The notes: generated from the letters alone by a model not told the origin. 62,656 nucleotides of DNA, filler included, from 5 parts of 5 records of this genome joined end to end with filler, not necessarily neighbours in it; one strand, 5' to 3'. Shown: positions 30,455 to 40,870, counted from the first letter of the whole stretch. Numbers and translations: made by a program.

Positions 30455-30547
30455 CAGTCTTTCGCTTGGCAGGGTGGGGGGCAGACTGTAGCGTCTGACC
30501 GAGGATTTTTACCAGCCTTCAAATCAACCAGTGCGGGGAGAGCGGCC

Positions 30548-31180
30548 ATGCCGGGACGCGCAGATCGCGTCAGCGAGAGTTCCGCCGCAAGCCCGTTTCG
30601 TGATTTTCCTTCCCAAGGTGCGGTGGTTGTTTTCGATCTGGAGATTACCGCCTGGGAAGGCTCGCTCGCCCGGAACTGGAGCGGGCCGGACGAATTCATG
30701 GAGATCGTCCAGATCGGGGCGGTCAAGCTCGACGCCAGCATGCCGATGGCAGAGCTGGCGAGCTTCGAAGTGCTGGTGAAACCGGAGAAAAATCCCGTCC
30801 TTTCCGGCTATTTCATCGATCTGACGGGGATCACCAATGAAGATCTCGGCCGCGATGGCATACCGCTCGATGAGGCTGTGAGCCGTTTTGCCGGTTTTAT
30901 CGGCGATGCCGGTCTCGTTGTGTCCAATGGAAACGACTGGTGCGATCTCGTTCTCAATGTGGAATGGGCCGGTATGAAATGGCCTTTCGCGGATGGCTTG
31001 TTCGCCAATATGCGCCCCCGGCTTGCCGAAGCGTTGGGGCTGCCGGAGAGCGAAACCGTGAGTTCAACCCTGCCTCAGCATCTTGGTCATACGGCCATGC
31101 CGGGTGCCCATACCGGGCTCGGTGACGCGCGCGCCATTGCCCTCGCGGTGCGGGAACTGAGAGCCGAGGGGCGCTTCTGA
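30548..31180 (+). CDS. DEDDh 3'-5' exonuclease
   Basis: VFDLEIT, EIVQIGAVK, LTGIT, HTGLGDA. Confidence 0.85.
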   Translation: MPGRADRVSESSAASPFRDFPSQGAVVVFDLEITAWEGSLARNWSGPDEFMEIVQIGAVKLDASMPMAELASFEVLVKPEKNPVLSGYFIDLTGITNEDLGRDGIPLDEAVSRFAGFIGDAGLVVSNGNDWCDLVLNVEWAGMKWPFADGLFANMRPRLAEALGLPESETVSSTLPQHLGHTAMPGAHTGLGDARAIALAVRELRAEGRF

Positions 31181-31261
31181 CTTTACCCTGAATTGTTACC
31201 CTTTGGGCCGCAGGCGCATGTTATATGGACATAATATGCAAAAGGCTGATTGGGGCAGGTG

Positions 31262-31735
31262 ATGAGCGCAGATAATCTGGATATGGACGGCGGGCCCGTC
31301 AGCGCGGACGAGATTGGCCGGATTGGGCTGTTTCTGGATCTCGGGGAAGAAGAGCGCGCGGCGATCGCTTCGGTCTGCCGTAAACGCCGGTTCGCGGCCG
31401 GGCAGCTCATTATCTCCGACCAGGAAGCCGACCATGACGTCTATTTCATGCTGGAAGGTTCCGCCGACGTCCAAAACCACACGATTATCGGCGATGCGCT
31501 GAAGCTTGATCAGTTGGGCGCCGGAGCTTATTTCGGCGAGCTTTCAGCACTGGATGGCGGTCCCCGGTCCGCCGAGGTTCTGGCAACGAACAATTGTATC
31601 GTTGCGGCAATGGCACCGAGCGATTTCCGAAATATGCTGTCGGAATACCCCTCGGTGCTGGTTTTGGTTCTGCACAATCTGGCCGTCATGATCCGTCATT
31701 CAAACCTGACGGTTCTGCAGCACGCGACCATCTAG
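31262..31735 (+). CDS. Stand-alone cyclic nucleotide-binding domain protein
   Basis: GAYFGELSALDGGPRSAEV phosphate-binding cassette; no C-terminal HTH. Confidence 0.87.
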   Translation: MSADNLDMDGGPVSADEIGRIGLFLDLGEEERAAIASVCRKRRFAAGQLIISDQEADHDVYFMLEGSADVQNHTIIGDALKLDQLGAGAYFGELSALDGGPRSAEVLATNNCIVAAMAPSDFRNMLSEYPSVLVLVLHNLAVMIRHSNLTVLQHATI

Positions 31736-31745
31736 ACTGATGGGA

Positions 31746-32066
31746 TCAGCTCTCGTCCTCGGCGGGATCATCCTCGCGGCGGCCGTCGGCCGAGCGGGTG
31801 AGGCGGCCCATGAGCTGTTCCAGGGCGGCATGCAGGTTGCGCACGCCCGAGCGGGACATGATCATGCGGGAAACCACGGCATGCTCGACCTGTGAGCCGT
31901 CGATATTGAACCGGGTGTTCACTAGATTGATCCGAACAACACCGTCCCGCACCATGGCGCCGATGACACCGTCGACGAAAATATCCTGGCATTCCGGGGC
32001 GATCACGATGTTCGGCTGCTGTCCGGCCGCCTGACCCCCGGTGTTGGTATTTGAAGTGTCGCTCAT
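31746..32066 (-). CDS. Hypothetical protein
   Basis: 106-aa ORF with a compact core DIFVDGV..VRDGVVRINLV...RMIMS; plausible codon usage. Confidence 0.65.
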   Translation of the reverse strand: MSDTSNTNTGGQAAGQQPNIVIAPECQDIFVDGVIGAMVRDGVVRINLVNTRFNIDGSQVEHAVVSRMIMSRSGVRNLHAALEQLMGRLTRSADGRREDDPAEDES

Positions 32067-32286
32067 TGAAGTCCGCCCGACATAATTTTGTGCCAAATTC
32101 GATCTAATACCGATAACACGTTGCCACCGTTGGCGGAAGATCGTTCGGGCGGCCCGGAGCTATTTCCATAAGGATTGCCAAATGTTGCGGTGCGGCGCAG
32201 ACTCTGGCTTATCCTGACTGCTCTGTCCCCCGCCTTGGAGAAATCCCATTCTTCCGCAGTCTTTTCTGGACTGGCGCGTCCTGCTT

Positions 32287-33570
32287 TTGACGTCCGTATG
32301 GGCCGGTTCCGTTGCCGGGCTCTTCCTTTCCGTCCCGATGCTCGATCATATCGTTGCCGGTGGTCTGTTGCTTTTCGTGCTTGGCACGTTGCCGCAGGCG
32401 CGGCTGGAGACGAAGATTCTCGTCGGTATTGGCACGGTCGTGACGCTTGTGTTGATCTTCACCATTGCCGCTCCGGCGGACGTCTGGCGGGGCCTTGAGC
32501 GCACGCTGATTTTCGCCGGACTGCTGCCGACACTGAAGATGACACGGGAAGTCGCCCGGCTGATGCCGTCCGTGCGGAAGAGCCAGGACAGGCTGGCGGC
32601 ACTTCCCGACAGCGCGGCGGATGTCGGTATCACCATTGGCGCGACGGTGTTCGGCTCGGTTCTGAATACGGGCTCTTTTGCTCTGGTTTCCGCCGTGGTG
32701 CCCGCCGATGCAAGCGACGAACGCCGCCGTTCGGCTGCCTGCGCGTCGATGCGGGGCATGAGCATCGCGGTGCTCTGGTCGCCCTTCTTTGTCGGGTTTG
32801 CCGTAGCCGGCACCTATCTGCCGATGGTCGAGCTCTGGGAGATCATTCCGTTCGGCTTCATCTGCGTCTGCATCGCCATTGCTATCGGGCTTGCCATGTT
32901 TGCCCGGCCGTTCAGCTTCCGGGCCGTCGGTGCCGCGCTTGCCTGCCTCAGGCCGATTGCGTCGAGGCTGGGGATCGCCGCCGGTGCGGTCATTCTGGTT
33001 GGAACTTTCACGCCGCTTTCGACACTTGGCTCCATCCTGGTGGTGATGCCGTTGCTCTGCATGTTGCAGTTTTTCCGCAGGCCGGACGCGTTACGGCCGG
33101 TGCTGGAGAAAACGGCGGAGGGCATGAAGGATCTCGGGGACGATCTTGCGCTTGTCGCCGTTGCCATTGTGGTCGGCACCGTCGCCGGGGAAGCGGATGC
33201 GATTATTGTCCATGTCGCCCCGCTGCTTGAAGGCGGCTTACCGGCGCCGGTCCTGCTGGCTCTGATGATCGGTATTCAGCTCATTCCTGCCATTGTCGGC
33301 ATTCATCCGATCATCACCGGGACGATCTTTCTCGCCGCGCTGACAAGCCTTGATCACGGGGTCCTGCCGCTGGCTCTCTATGAAGCCATGCTCGCGGGAT
33401 GGGGGCTCGGCGCCATGATTTCCATCGCTTCCCTGTCAGTGGTCACGGCCGGATCGATGTTCGATGTGCCGCCGACCCGCGTCGCGATCGGCCCGAATCT
33501 CGCCTATGTGTTCGTGGTCTGGGCCGTGCTTGTGCCGATCCTCAGCATCCTGCACTACGCCTTGATCTGA
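32287..33570 (+). CDS. Multi-pass membrane protein, possible transporter
   Basis: Many hydrophobic segments; LWSPFFVGFAVA motif; start uncertain. Confidence 0.75.
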   Translation: MTSVWAGSVAGLFLSVPMLDHIVAGGLLLFVLGTLPQARLETKILVGIGTVVTLVLIFTIAAPADVWRGLERTLIFAGLLPTLKMTREVARLMPSVRKSQDRLAALPDSAADVGITIGATVFGSVLNTGSFALVSAVVPADASDERRRSAACASMRGMSIAVLWSPFFVGFAVAGTYLPMVELWEIIPFGFICVCIAIAIGLAMFARPFSFRAVGAALACLRPIASRLGIAAGAVILVGTFTPLSTLGSILVVMPLLCMLQFFRRPDALRPVLEKTAEGMKDLGDDLALVAVAIVVGTVAGEADAIIVHVAPLLEGGLPAPVLLALMIGIQLIPAIVGIHPIITGTIFLAALTSLDHGVLPLALYEAMLAGWGLGAMISIASLSVVTAGSMFDVPPTRVAIGPNLAYVFVVWAVLVPILSILHYALI

Positions 33571-34478
33571 GGTTGTTTCGCCCGGCGGGTCATCACCAGA
33601 AAGACGGCGGAAACCACGGCGGTGAGGGCGGCATAATCGACCAGCCCCGGAACGGTGCCGAAGATCATGGCATCCGTGATCACGCCGACAACCGGAACCA
33701 TCAGCGTGCCGACGGTGGAGACAACGACCGGCAGCATGTTCACCACGCTGAAATAGGCCCAGTAACAGAAGATGCCGGTGATCGTCATGTTGTAGACAAG
33801 GCCGAGCGTCGGGATCAGGCTCACGCTGTCCGGCATGTGCTGGTAGTCCCAGAAAACAGCAATCAGGGCGACCGGCAGCGCGCCGAGCATCTGTTGCCAT
33901 CCGGTCAGCACGGTGACCGACATGGAAAAGCGGAAATATTTCACCGCGGCCGTTCCGGCGCCCCAGCTCATCGCGGCAATGACGACCAGCGCCGGGCCGA
34001 GCGGATCGCCCGACACGGCGCGGTCGTCACCGAAGAACAGCAGGCCCATGCCGACAAGGCCCAGGCCCAGTGCTAGAACCGACCGGGCGCGCAAGGGCTC
34101 CTTGACCAACCATGCGCCGGTCAAGGTTGCCCAGAGCGGCATGGTGTATGCGAGAATTGCGGCCCGGCCGGATTCCATAAGGTCAATGCCGTAGAGCACC
34201 GCAATGTTCCAAACAGACATATTGAGTAGGGAGACTATGAGCAGTCCCTTCCACTCGGCGCGCGGCACGCGGAGCGTCTGTCCATTGGCTTTCGCCATCG
34301 CAAACAGGCCCAGCCCGGCCGAAATTCCGGCGATGGCCCGGAACACAAAGGGCGGATATTCGGCGAGGGACAGTTTCATCACCGGCCAGTTGAGGCCCCA
34401 GAGCAAGGCGAGCATGGCCAGCAGGAAGATCGCGAAAGGCGGGATCTCTGCCGTTTTTTGCGACAAGGGTTGGTTCAC
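33555..34478 (-). CDS. DMT/EamA-family transporter
   Basis: LLWGLNWPVMK, AAILAYTMPLW..L...EP; two-repeat transmembrane layout. Confidence 0.9.
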   Translation of the reverse strand: MNQPLSQKTAEIPPFAIFLLAMLALLWGLNWPVMKLSLAEYPPFVFRAIAGISAGLGLFAMAKANGQTLRVPRAEWKGLLIVSLLNMSVWNIAVLYGIDLMESGRAAILAYTMPLWATLTGAWLVKEPLRARSVLALGLGLVGMGLLFFGDDRAVSGDPLGPALVVIAAMSWGAGTAAVKYFRFSMSVTVLTGWQQMLGALPVALIAVFWDYQHMPDSVSLIPTLGLVYNMTITGIFCYWAYFSVVNMLPVVVSTVGTLMVPVVGVITDAMIFGTVPGLVDYAALTAVVSAVFLVMTRRAKQPQIKA

Positions 34479-34628
34479 GGGCGAAGAGCCCCTAACTCTG
34501 TGAAGGGTGTATGAAGAGTAAAGTTTGCTAACCCATTTGTTGCTTGAGTGCCAGACTTCTAAAACCCTAACATCCGCGCAAGAGATTTCGGCCGCTGCGT
34601 CCGCAGTGGCCCGACCAGGAGGGACTTC

Positions 34629-34672
34629 ATGGTAAAATTCGGCATTGGCCAGGCGATCAAACGCGTTGAAGA
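34629..34672 (+). CDS. Start of a second xanthine dehydrogenase/CoxL-like subunit (truncated by gap)
   Basis: MVKFGIGQAIKRVE after AGGAGGG RBS; typical N-terminus of this family. Confidence 0.75.
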
Positions 34673-34772
34673 NNNNNNNNNNNNNNNNNNNNNNNNNNNN
34701 NNNNNNNNNNNNNNNNTTAATTAATTAANNNNNNNNNNNNNNNNNNNNNNNNNNNNNNNNNNNNNNNNNNNN
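34673..34772. other. Artificial contig spacer
   Basis: N44-TTAATTAATTAA-N44. Confidence 0.98.
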
Positions 34773-34797
34773 CGTAGCCGGATTCGCCAGAATTCGG
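34773..34797. repeat. REP-like hairpin at contig end
   Basis: GTAG followed by CCGGATTC-GCCA-GAATTCGG. Confidence 0.55.
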
Positions 34798-34803
34798 ACC
34801 CCT

Positions 34804-35733
34804 CTATAAATCCAACGTCTGCAACAACGACATCGTGGCAACTCCGTAGAACGTGTATTCGACGTCCGGAGTTTGGTCGAGGGCGAAGCCGACGAAGCCG
34901 CCGTCGCGCTGCATCGACTCGGCATAGCTTTGCAGTCGCGGCGCATCCAAACGCGAAGCGGCACCCAGGTCGACCAGCGTGATCAATCCGGTACAGGAAC
35001 TCAGCAGGTCCGCAAACGGGATCCGAGTGTTCGCGGCCAGCCCGCCTTCGTCGCCCTGCATCTCAAGCAGGAATTCGATCGTGTCGGTTTGTTCGGTTGC
35101 ATCCAGATGTCCGAGTGTCTTCAGCGATCCAATTGCCGCGGCCGTCGGGTTCACGCCCGCTCGTTTCGCAACACGAATCTCTCGGTAGCCGCCGTCCGGC
35201 TGGTTCTGGCTGACTAAGAATCGCAACACGCCTTCCACATCCGGAACGGGAACTTCCATCAGTTCATGGCACAAGACTGACAGGAACGTTTGATAGGTGC
35301 TTCCCGCCCGGCCTTCGGGTGTTTTCGCGAACCCGCCATCTTCGGTGCGAAGCTTGGCCAGCAACGCAGCGACGTTGTCCCGCCATTGGTGGTCTTCATC
35401 GGAGATCACAACGACGCCCGATGCCATTTCGAGGATGGCGGCGGCAAAGATCAGCGACATCAGGTCGACGATGGAGTCTCGTTTCTGCATCCGTTGTCGC
35501 AGGAAGATGCCCGCAGCTTCGGCTATTTCGGAATCCAGTTCTCCAAGCACCCAAAGCGTTCGCAATGCGAAGCTGGTGTAGTAAGGATCGCTTTCGCCCT
35601 CACGGCCAGCGAATCCACCATCGTCGCGTTGACAGTTCTTCAGCCAGTTAGCGTGGCGAGAACGGAAGTCGGGATTCAAACGGCTTGCACCGACGGACAA
35701 TCGAAGCGTCAGTTCTTGCAGATAGCCACTCAA
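34804..35733 (-). CDS. Prenyltransferase/squalene-oxidase-repeat protein (GGTase beta-like)
   Basis: Repeated QRDDGGF, TEDGGF, QPDGGY, QGDEGGL, QRDGGF; PDVEYTFYG. Confidence 0.85.
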   Translation of the reverse strand: MSGYLQELTLRLSVGASRLNPDFRSRHANWLKNCQRDDGGFAGREGESDPYYTSFALRTLWVLGELDSEIAEAAGIFLRQRMQKRDSIVDLMSLIFAAAILEMASGVVVISDEDHQWRDNVAALLAKLRTEDGGFAKTPEGRAGSTYQTFLSVLCHELMEVPVPDVEGVLRFLVSQNQPDGGYREIRVAKRAGVNPTAAAIGSLKTLGHLDATEQTDTIEFLLEMQGDEGGLAANTRIPFADLLSSCTGLITLVDLGAASRLDAPRLQSYAESMQRDGGFVGFALDQTPDVEYTFYGVATMSLLQTLDL

Positions 35734-35734
35734 A

Positions 35735-37423
35735 TCAAATTGCCAACAAAATGTCCAGCATTTCCGCTGCGGTTGAAATCACACGCGAGGAAGCTTGGAA
35801 CGCGCGTTGGTAAGAGATCATCTTAATCGACTCTTCGTCGATGTTCACACCGGTGATCGCGAGGTGCTGACTTTGGAGAGAAGCGTACAAATCGTTCAGC
35901 CCATCGGTCGCACTTTTCTGCACGCTGATTTCGCGTCCCAGGGTCGAGATGGCCTGTTCGTGCATCCCGCGAATCGAGCGGTTGCCGAGTTCCTCGAGTG
36001 GTTCGTCGACGATGTCCAACAGGTTGTAGAGCGTGTTGGTGTCGGCGTTGATGCCGCCATTGGAAATTGCCAGCAAGTCGATGTCGTCTTTCACGACGGA
36101 GTTCACGGCGATGTCGACCGCCGATGATCCGGTGAAGAACGTGTTCAACCCAGCCGCGGCGAGGAATCCGCTGGTGTCTTCGCCAAAGGTGAACTTGGAC
36201 GTCGCCGAATCACTATCGATTCGAACTCGCCCGTCGCCCGAGATCGACGCGGTCACGCCTTCGACCGCATTGATGTCTGCAACGATCGATGAGATGGTCG
36301 AGTCGTCGATGGTTCCCAGATTTCGAACGTTGATCCGCGTGGTGCTGATCAATTCGCCGCTGGTGTCGACGATGTTGAAATCGAAGCTGCCGTTGTTCGG
36401 TTCAAATGGCAGTTCTGCGGCGTTCAGGGGAACACCCGGTTCGCTGGTGTTGCTCGATACCAAGGATGAAAATCCCGTGCGGCCTTGGCCTTGTGAGTGA
36501 ACACTGTTGACTCCACGGATCAATGCGGCCGCCATCTGATCCAGGTTCTCGACGTAATCACCAAAGACGCCGCCTCGAGCTTCGATGGCGGCCCCGAGTT
36601 TCCCGCCTTTCGCTTTGAGTGGTGCATCGGTATCCACAATTCGAACTTCCAATCCACCCGCGTCCTCGTCGTAAGCCGAGTAGACCTCGCGCCGATTGCC
36701 ATCGGCGATCAGGTAGTCCCCGCCGACGAAAACGCTGACGTTCCCAGATGCCTGTTCTTGGAAGTTGATGTTGACGTAACTGGCCAATTCTTCGAGGTCG
36801 CGATAGCGTTGGTCGCGAAGACCGGTTGCATCGCTTCCGAGTGTCCCACCGCCTTCGATGGTAGCGATCTCGACGTTGAGCTGTGCGATTCGTTCTGTCA
36901 GTCGGTTGATCTGTGTGGCGGCTTCGTCCACTTCCGCGTTCCAGCCGTCTTGCAGTTCGCCGGCTCTGGTCCGGATTTGTTTCATACTGGTGGCGAGAGC
37001 TTCGCCCTGGATGATTACAAATTCTCGGGTGGCCGCGTCATTGGGTTGGGTCGACAGATCGTGCAGTGCGTTGTTGAAGAGGCTGAATTGCTCGTTCAAC
37101 CCGCCGCCATCTAGGTCGGTGATCAGCGTTTCAAGCTGACCGTAGGCCGAACTGAGCGAGTCCGCACCGGCCGCTGCGGTTTTGGCGTTGAACATCCGCT
37201 CGGCCAACTGCTGGTCGATGACCTGCACAACGCCGGTGGCGCGAACACCGTGACCTTGGATCAAGTTGCCCTGGCGATACGCCACTGCGGGCGTCTGCTC
37301 GAGACGCTGGCGGATATAGCCTTCGGTGTTGGCGTTGGCGATGTTGTTGCCAACGACTTGCAGTCCAATCTGAGCCGCGTCGAGCGCGCCCTTCGATTGT
37401 TGAATGGTGCCGAACAGCCCCAT
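35735..37423 (-). CDS. flgK: Flagellar hook-associated protein 1
   Basis: GNNIANANTEGYIRQ, LRDQR, GVNIDEE...YQRAFQASSRVI. Confidence 0.92.
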   Translation of the reverse strand: MGLFGTIQQSKGALDAAQIGLQVVGNNIANANTEGYIRQRLEQTPAVAYRQGNLIQGHGVRATGVVQVIDQQLAERMFNAKTAAAGADSLSSAYGQLETLITDLDGGGLNEQFSLFNNALHDLSTQPNDAATREFVIIQGEALATSMKQIRTRAGELQDGWNAEVDEAATQINRLTERIAQLNVEIATIEGGGTLGSDATGLRDQRYRDLEELASYVNINFQEQASGNVSVFVGGDYLIADGNRREVYSAYDEDAGGLEVRIVDTDAPLKAKGGKLGAAIEARGGVFGDYVENLDQMAAALIRGVNSVHSQGQGRTGFSSLVSSNTSEPGVPLNAAELPFEPNNGSFDFNIVDTSGELISTTRINVRNLGTIDDSTISSIVADINAVEGVTASISGDGRVRIDSDSATSKFTFGEDTSGFLAAAGLNTFFTGSSAVDIAVNSVVKDDIDLLAISNGGINADTNTLYNLLDIVDEPLEELGNRSIRGMHEQAISTLGREISVQKSATDGLNDLYASLQSQHLAITGVNIDEESIKMISYQRAFQASSRVISTAAEMLDILLAI

Positions 37424-37518
37424 GGTCGTCTCGCGAAAGTGTGAAGCCGAACGATCGTGCGCGCACACGTGTATTCGTTGAATCGGCACGCACGGTCGTC
37501 AAACTTGACCCAATCGGC

Positions 37519-38394
37519 TCAACAGTAAACAAAGCCTTCGCGTGGGTAGCGGCCGTGGTTGGCGATGTGGCCATGGTCCACGCGATTCCAGCCAAACCAT
37601 GCACCCACTCCCGCCAGGACGGCGTCCAAGGCGTCTCCACCAGGATTGCTCAAGATCACCCGCCGCCGATGAGCTGATATTTGAATGATCTCTCGAAGCC
37701 CTCGGAGAATCAGTTGGCGGTTTCGAAGATGGACCGCGTCGATTGGCTTGTTCCCGGTTTGTTTGTATCGCTGGTGAGGCAGCTGCATTCGTTTCAAGGT
37801 CGACGAAGGGCAAGCCTCGACCACGATGCTGCGGATGGCTGTGGAGGCTTTGCCGGTCATCGAACGGGCGAGCTTGTTCGCCTGGAATGGCATGACGGCG
37901 GACGTGGGTGAGTCTTTGATTGGCAGCAAGACGTCTCGCATGCCGTGAAACGTTTGGTAGATGATTCGGTAGTGGTAGCAGTCAAATGGCGTTTGCGTTT
38001 CGCGATCGGTTTCACGACGAATGTGAATCGCACCGCGTCTCCGGCGAGCCAGTTCGACCAGCGACTGGCCATAGCTTTTCGCGTCGCCTGAGTGCATCGC
38101 GACATGGTTCAGCTGATCGTCCCAGCTTCCCAGTTCCAGTTCGACGGGCAATCCAAATGGGAAATCCATTCCCCACAGAGCGTCCTCGCTGGCCACGATC
38201 CGATTTGTCAGCCACTGGTAGACGCACTTACGTTGGTCCTGCCCGGCGACCCGCCCGAGTGGTTGAAGATCCACCAGTTCCAGCGGCGGCGAAGTGGCGT
38301 CGCTGGATGAAACCTGAATTTCTGCGATCCAGGCGTTCTTTCCCGCCAAGGCTGCACCGCTGAAGTCGACGCCGAACACGGTTTGGAAGCGCAC
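37519..38394 (-). CDS. DUF429-like predicted RNase H-fold nuclease
   Basis: GVDFSGA, GMDFPFGLP, VVEACP, DALDAV; start uncertain (ORF open to 38451). Confidence 0.75.
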   Translation of the reverse strand: MRFQTVFGVDFSGAALAGKNAWIAEIQVSSSDATSPPLELVDLQPLGRVAGQDQRKCVYQWLTNRIVASEDALWGMDFPFGLPVELELGSWDDQLNHVAMHSGDAKSYGQSLVELARRRRGAIHIRRETDRETQTPFDCYHYRIIYQTFHGMRDVLLPIKDSPTSAVMPFQANKLARSMTGKASTAIRSIVVEACPSSTLKRMQLPHQRYKQTGNKPIDAVHLRNRQLILRGLREIIQISAHRRRVILSNPGGDALDAVLAGVGAWFGWNRVDHGHIANHGRYPREGFVYC

Positions 38395-38524
38395 CTTGGT
38401 CCCAGAAGTGCAAAACATCGCTCCGTACGCGTCTCGCTTCACGTTGACCAAGTTTTGTTCTCCAGTGACAATTCGGTTACGGAAGTCTTCGAACCCATTT
38501 CGTTTTTCCCGCTGAAACTACCTC

Positions 38525-39748
38525 ATGAGTACCGTCCCGTCGCAGCAACATGCCTCCGCTCAAGTTCCCGATCCCCGCGGGCGATTTGGCGATTTTGGTG
38601 GCCGTTTCGTTCCCGAGACACTCACGCGGGCACTCGATGAGCTTTCCGAAGAGTACGAGAAGGCCAAGCGGGACCCAGAATTCCAGCGTGAATTGGATGG
38701 ATTGCTGAAGACCTTCGTCGGTCGCCCCAGCCCGCTGTATCACGCCAAACGGTTGTCGTCGGCGGTTGGTGGAGCTCATATTTGGTTGAAACGCGAAGAC
38801 CTCAACCACACCGGTGCTCACAAAATCAACAATACGATCGGGCAAGCGTTGCTGACGTTGCGAATGGGGAAAACCCGAGTGATCGCCGAAACGGGTGCCG
38901 GACAACACGGCGTGGCGTCGGCGACCGCTTGTGCGCACTTTGGGCTGCCCTGCACCGTTTACATGGGTGCGGAAGACATCCGGCGGCAGAAACCCAATGT
39001 GTTCAGCATGAAGTTGCTCGGTGCCAATATCTCGGCCGTCGAGTCTGGTTCGCGGACGTTGCGGGATGCAGTCAATGAAGCGATGCGAGACTGGATGTCT
39101 TCGGTTGAGGACACCCACTACATCATCGGCAGCGTGATCGGTCCGCACCCATTCCCGATGATGGTTCGCGATTTCCAATCGGTGATCGGTCGCGAAACCC
39201 GCGAGCAGTGCCGAGACACATTTGGGCGTTTGCCTGATTGCGTCGTCGCATGCGTCGGCGGTGGCAGCAACGCGGCGGGCATGTTCTATCCGTTTGTGGA
39301 AGACGAAGGTGTTCGAATGGTCGGTGTCGAAGCCGGCGGTCGATCAGCAACGCCCGGCGATCACGCGTCGCCATTGTCTTATGGAAACCCCGGTGTCTTG
39401 CACGGCAGTTACAGCTATGTGATGCAAGACGAGGATGGGCAAACGTGCGACGTCCATTCGATGAGCGCAGGGTTGGACTATCCCGGTGTTGGTCCAGAAC
39501 ACAGTTATTGGAAAGACACCAAACGCGTTGACTACATCGATTGCCGTGACGACGAGGCATTGACCGCGTTTGAACGATTGGCATCCAGCGAAGGTATTCT
39601 CGCGGCACTTGAAACCTCACATGCGGTGGCCAAAGCCATCGAGATCGCGGGCAAAATGTCGGACCAAGAACACTTGGTGATTTGCTTGTCCGGCCGCGGC
39701 GACAAGGACTCGATGGAAATCGCCCGTCTTCGCGGCGAAGAGTGGTGA
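38525..39748 (+). CDS. trpB: Tryptophan synthase beta chain
   Basis: [53 protein letters not shown]. Confidence 0.97.
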   Translation: MSTVPSQQHASAQVPDPRGRFGDFGGRFVPETLTRALDELSEEYEKAKRDPEFQRELDGLLKTFVGRPSPLYHAKRLSSAVGGAHIWLKREDLNHTGAHKINNTIGQALLTLRMGKTRVIAETGAGQHGVASATACAHFGLPCTVYMGAEDIRRQKPNVFSMKLLGANISAVESGSRTLRDAVNEAMRDWMSSVEDTHYIIGSVIGPHPFPMMVRDFQSVIGRETREQCRDTFGRLPDCVVACVGGGSNAAGMFYPFVEDEGVRMVGVEAGGRSATPGDHASPLSYGNPGVLHGSYSYVMQDEDGQTCDVHSMSAGLDYPGVGPEHSYWKDTKRVDYIDCRDDEALTAFERLASSEGILAALETSHAVAKAIEIAGKMSDQEHLVICLSGRGDKDSMEIARLRGEEW

Positions 39749-39844
39749 ACCACTGAACCTCGTTGGTATTGGGTCGGTGATGCAGGCCTCGTGCTGACCC
39801 CTTGCCCACTCCATCTGCCCGTTTGACTCTTCTTCTCTGATTGT

Positions 39845-40870
39845 ATGTCTGCCCAAGACCGTACCCTGGATCACTACCAGGAATTGATGACCATCAACGC
39901 GACTTCGCATGTGTTGCGCACCGGCCGTGAGCTCGGTTTGTTCGACGCGTTGTTGGAAGGCCAAAAAACACTTGAAGTGTTAGCCGAACGAACCGGTTTG
40001 CCCGAGTCTCGATTGTTGTTGTTGCTGCGACCTCTGACATCAGTGGGCATCATCGAGAAGTATGTGGAGGACTACGCGATTTCTTCGGTGGCTCGATTGT
40101 TGTGCCAATACGACGCGGACCTGGGTGATGCGGTTTGGAAGAACGCTTCGGCAGCGTTGAAATCGGAATCGCAATCGTCGGTTGATACTGACGTGCCGCA
40201 AAGCCGATTTGATTCGATTGCTGCGACTCAGTGGGTGCACACTCCCGCGGCGATGCAGGCTGCAGAGATCTTGGACTTTGGTCCAACACCGGCAGAAGAC
40301 GGCAGTGAGGAAGGGGAAGGCACGGTCTTAAGTTCTGAAGAATCAGAACCCCAAACTTTGCTCGACCTGGGATGTGGTTCGGCGGTTTGGAGCTGTGCGG
40401 CGGCTCATCGCGACCCGCAACTGCGTGTCACGTTGGTCGATCACCCCGGCGCTTTGGAAGCCGCCATGGCAACGGCCAATTCGATTGAATTGGGCGATCG
40501 CTTTGAATCTATCGAAGGCGACGCGCTCACAGCCGAACTTCCTGAGGGGCAGTTCGATCATGTCTTGATCGCTCAACGACTCAACAGCTACTCGCCCGAC
40601 CAAATTCGTTTGATGTTGCAACGAGCGACATCCGCGGTGAAGTCGGGCGGTCGAGTGATCGTGATTGATTCATTCGAAGGACCGAACCGCCCCAGTCTGG
40701 CTGAGTCGATCGAAGCATTGCGGATTGGGATCGAAACCGAAGGTGGTGCCGTACCCGAGCTGAAAGAGGCTCAGGAACGCATGAAAGACGCCGGATTGGA
40801 ATCGATCCAGTTCACCTTCATCGCCGCCAGTCGAGTTGGTTTGGGACTGATGACCGGAATCAAGCCGTGA
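39845..40870 (+). CDS. SAM-dependent O-methyltransferase with N-terminal dimerisation domain
   Basis: ELGLFDAL winged-helix segment; LLDLGCGSA motif I; IEGDA. Confidence 0.82.
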   Translation: MSAQDRTLDHYQELMTINATSHVLRTGRELGLFDALLEGQKTLEVLAERTGLPESRLLLLLRPLTSVGIIEKYVEDYAISSVARLLCQYDADLGDAVWKNASAALKSESQSSVDTDVPQSRFDSIAATQWVHTPAAMQAAEILDFGPTPAEDGSEEGEGTVLSSEESEPQTLLDLGCGSAVWSCAAAHRDPQLRVTLVDHPGALEAAMATANSIELGDRFESIEGDALTAELPEGQFDHVLIAQRLNSYSPDQIRLMLQRATSAVKSGGRVIVIDSFEGPNRPSLAESIEALRIGIETEGGAVPELKEAQERMKDAGLESIQFTFIAASRVGLGLMTGIKP

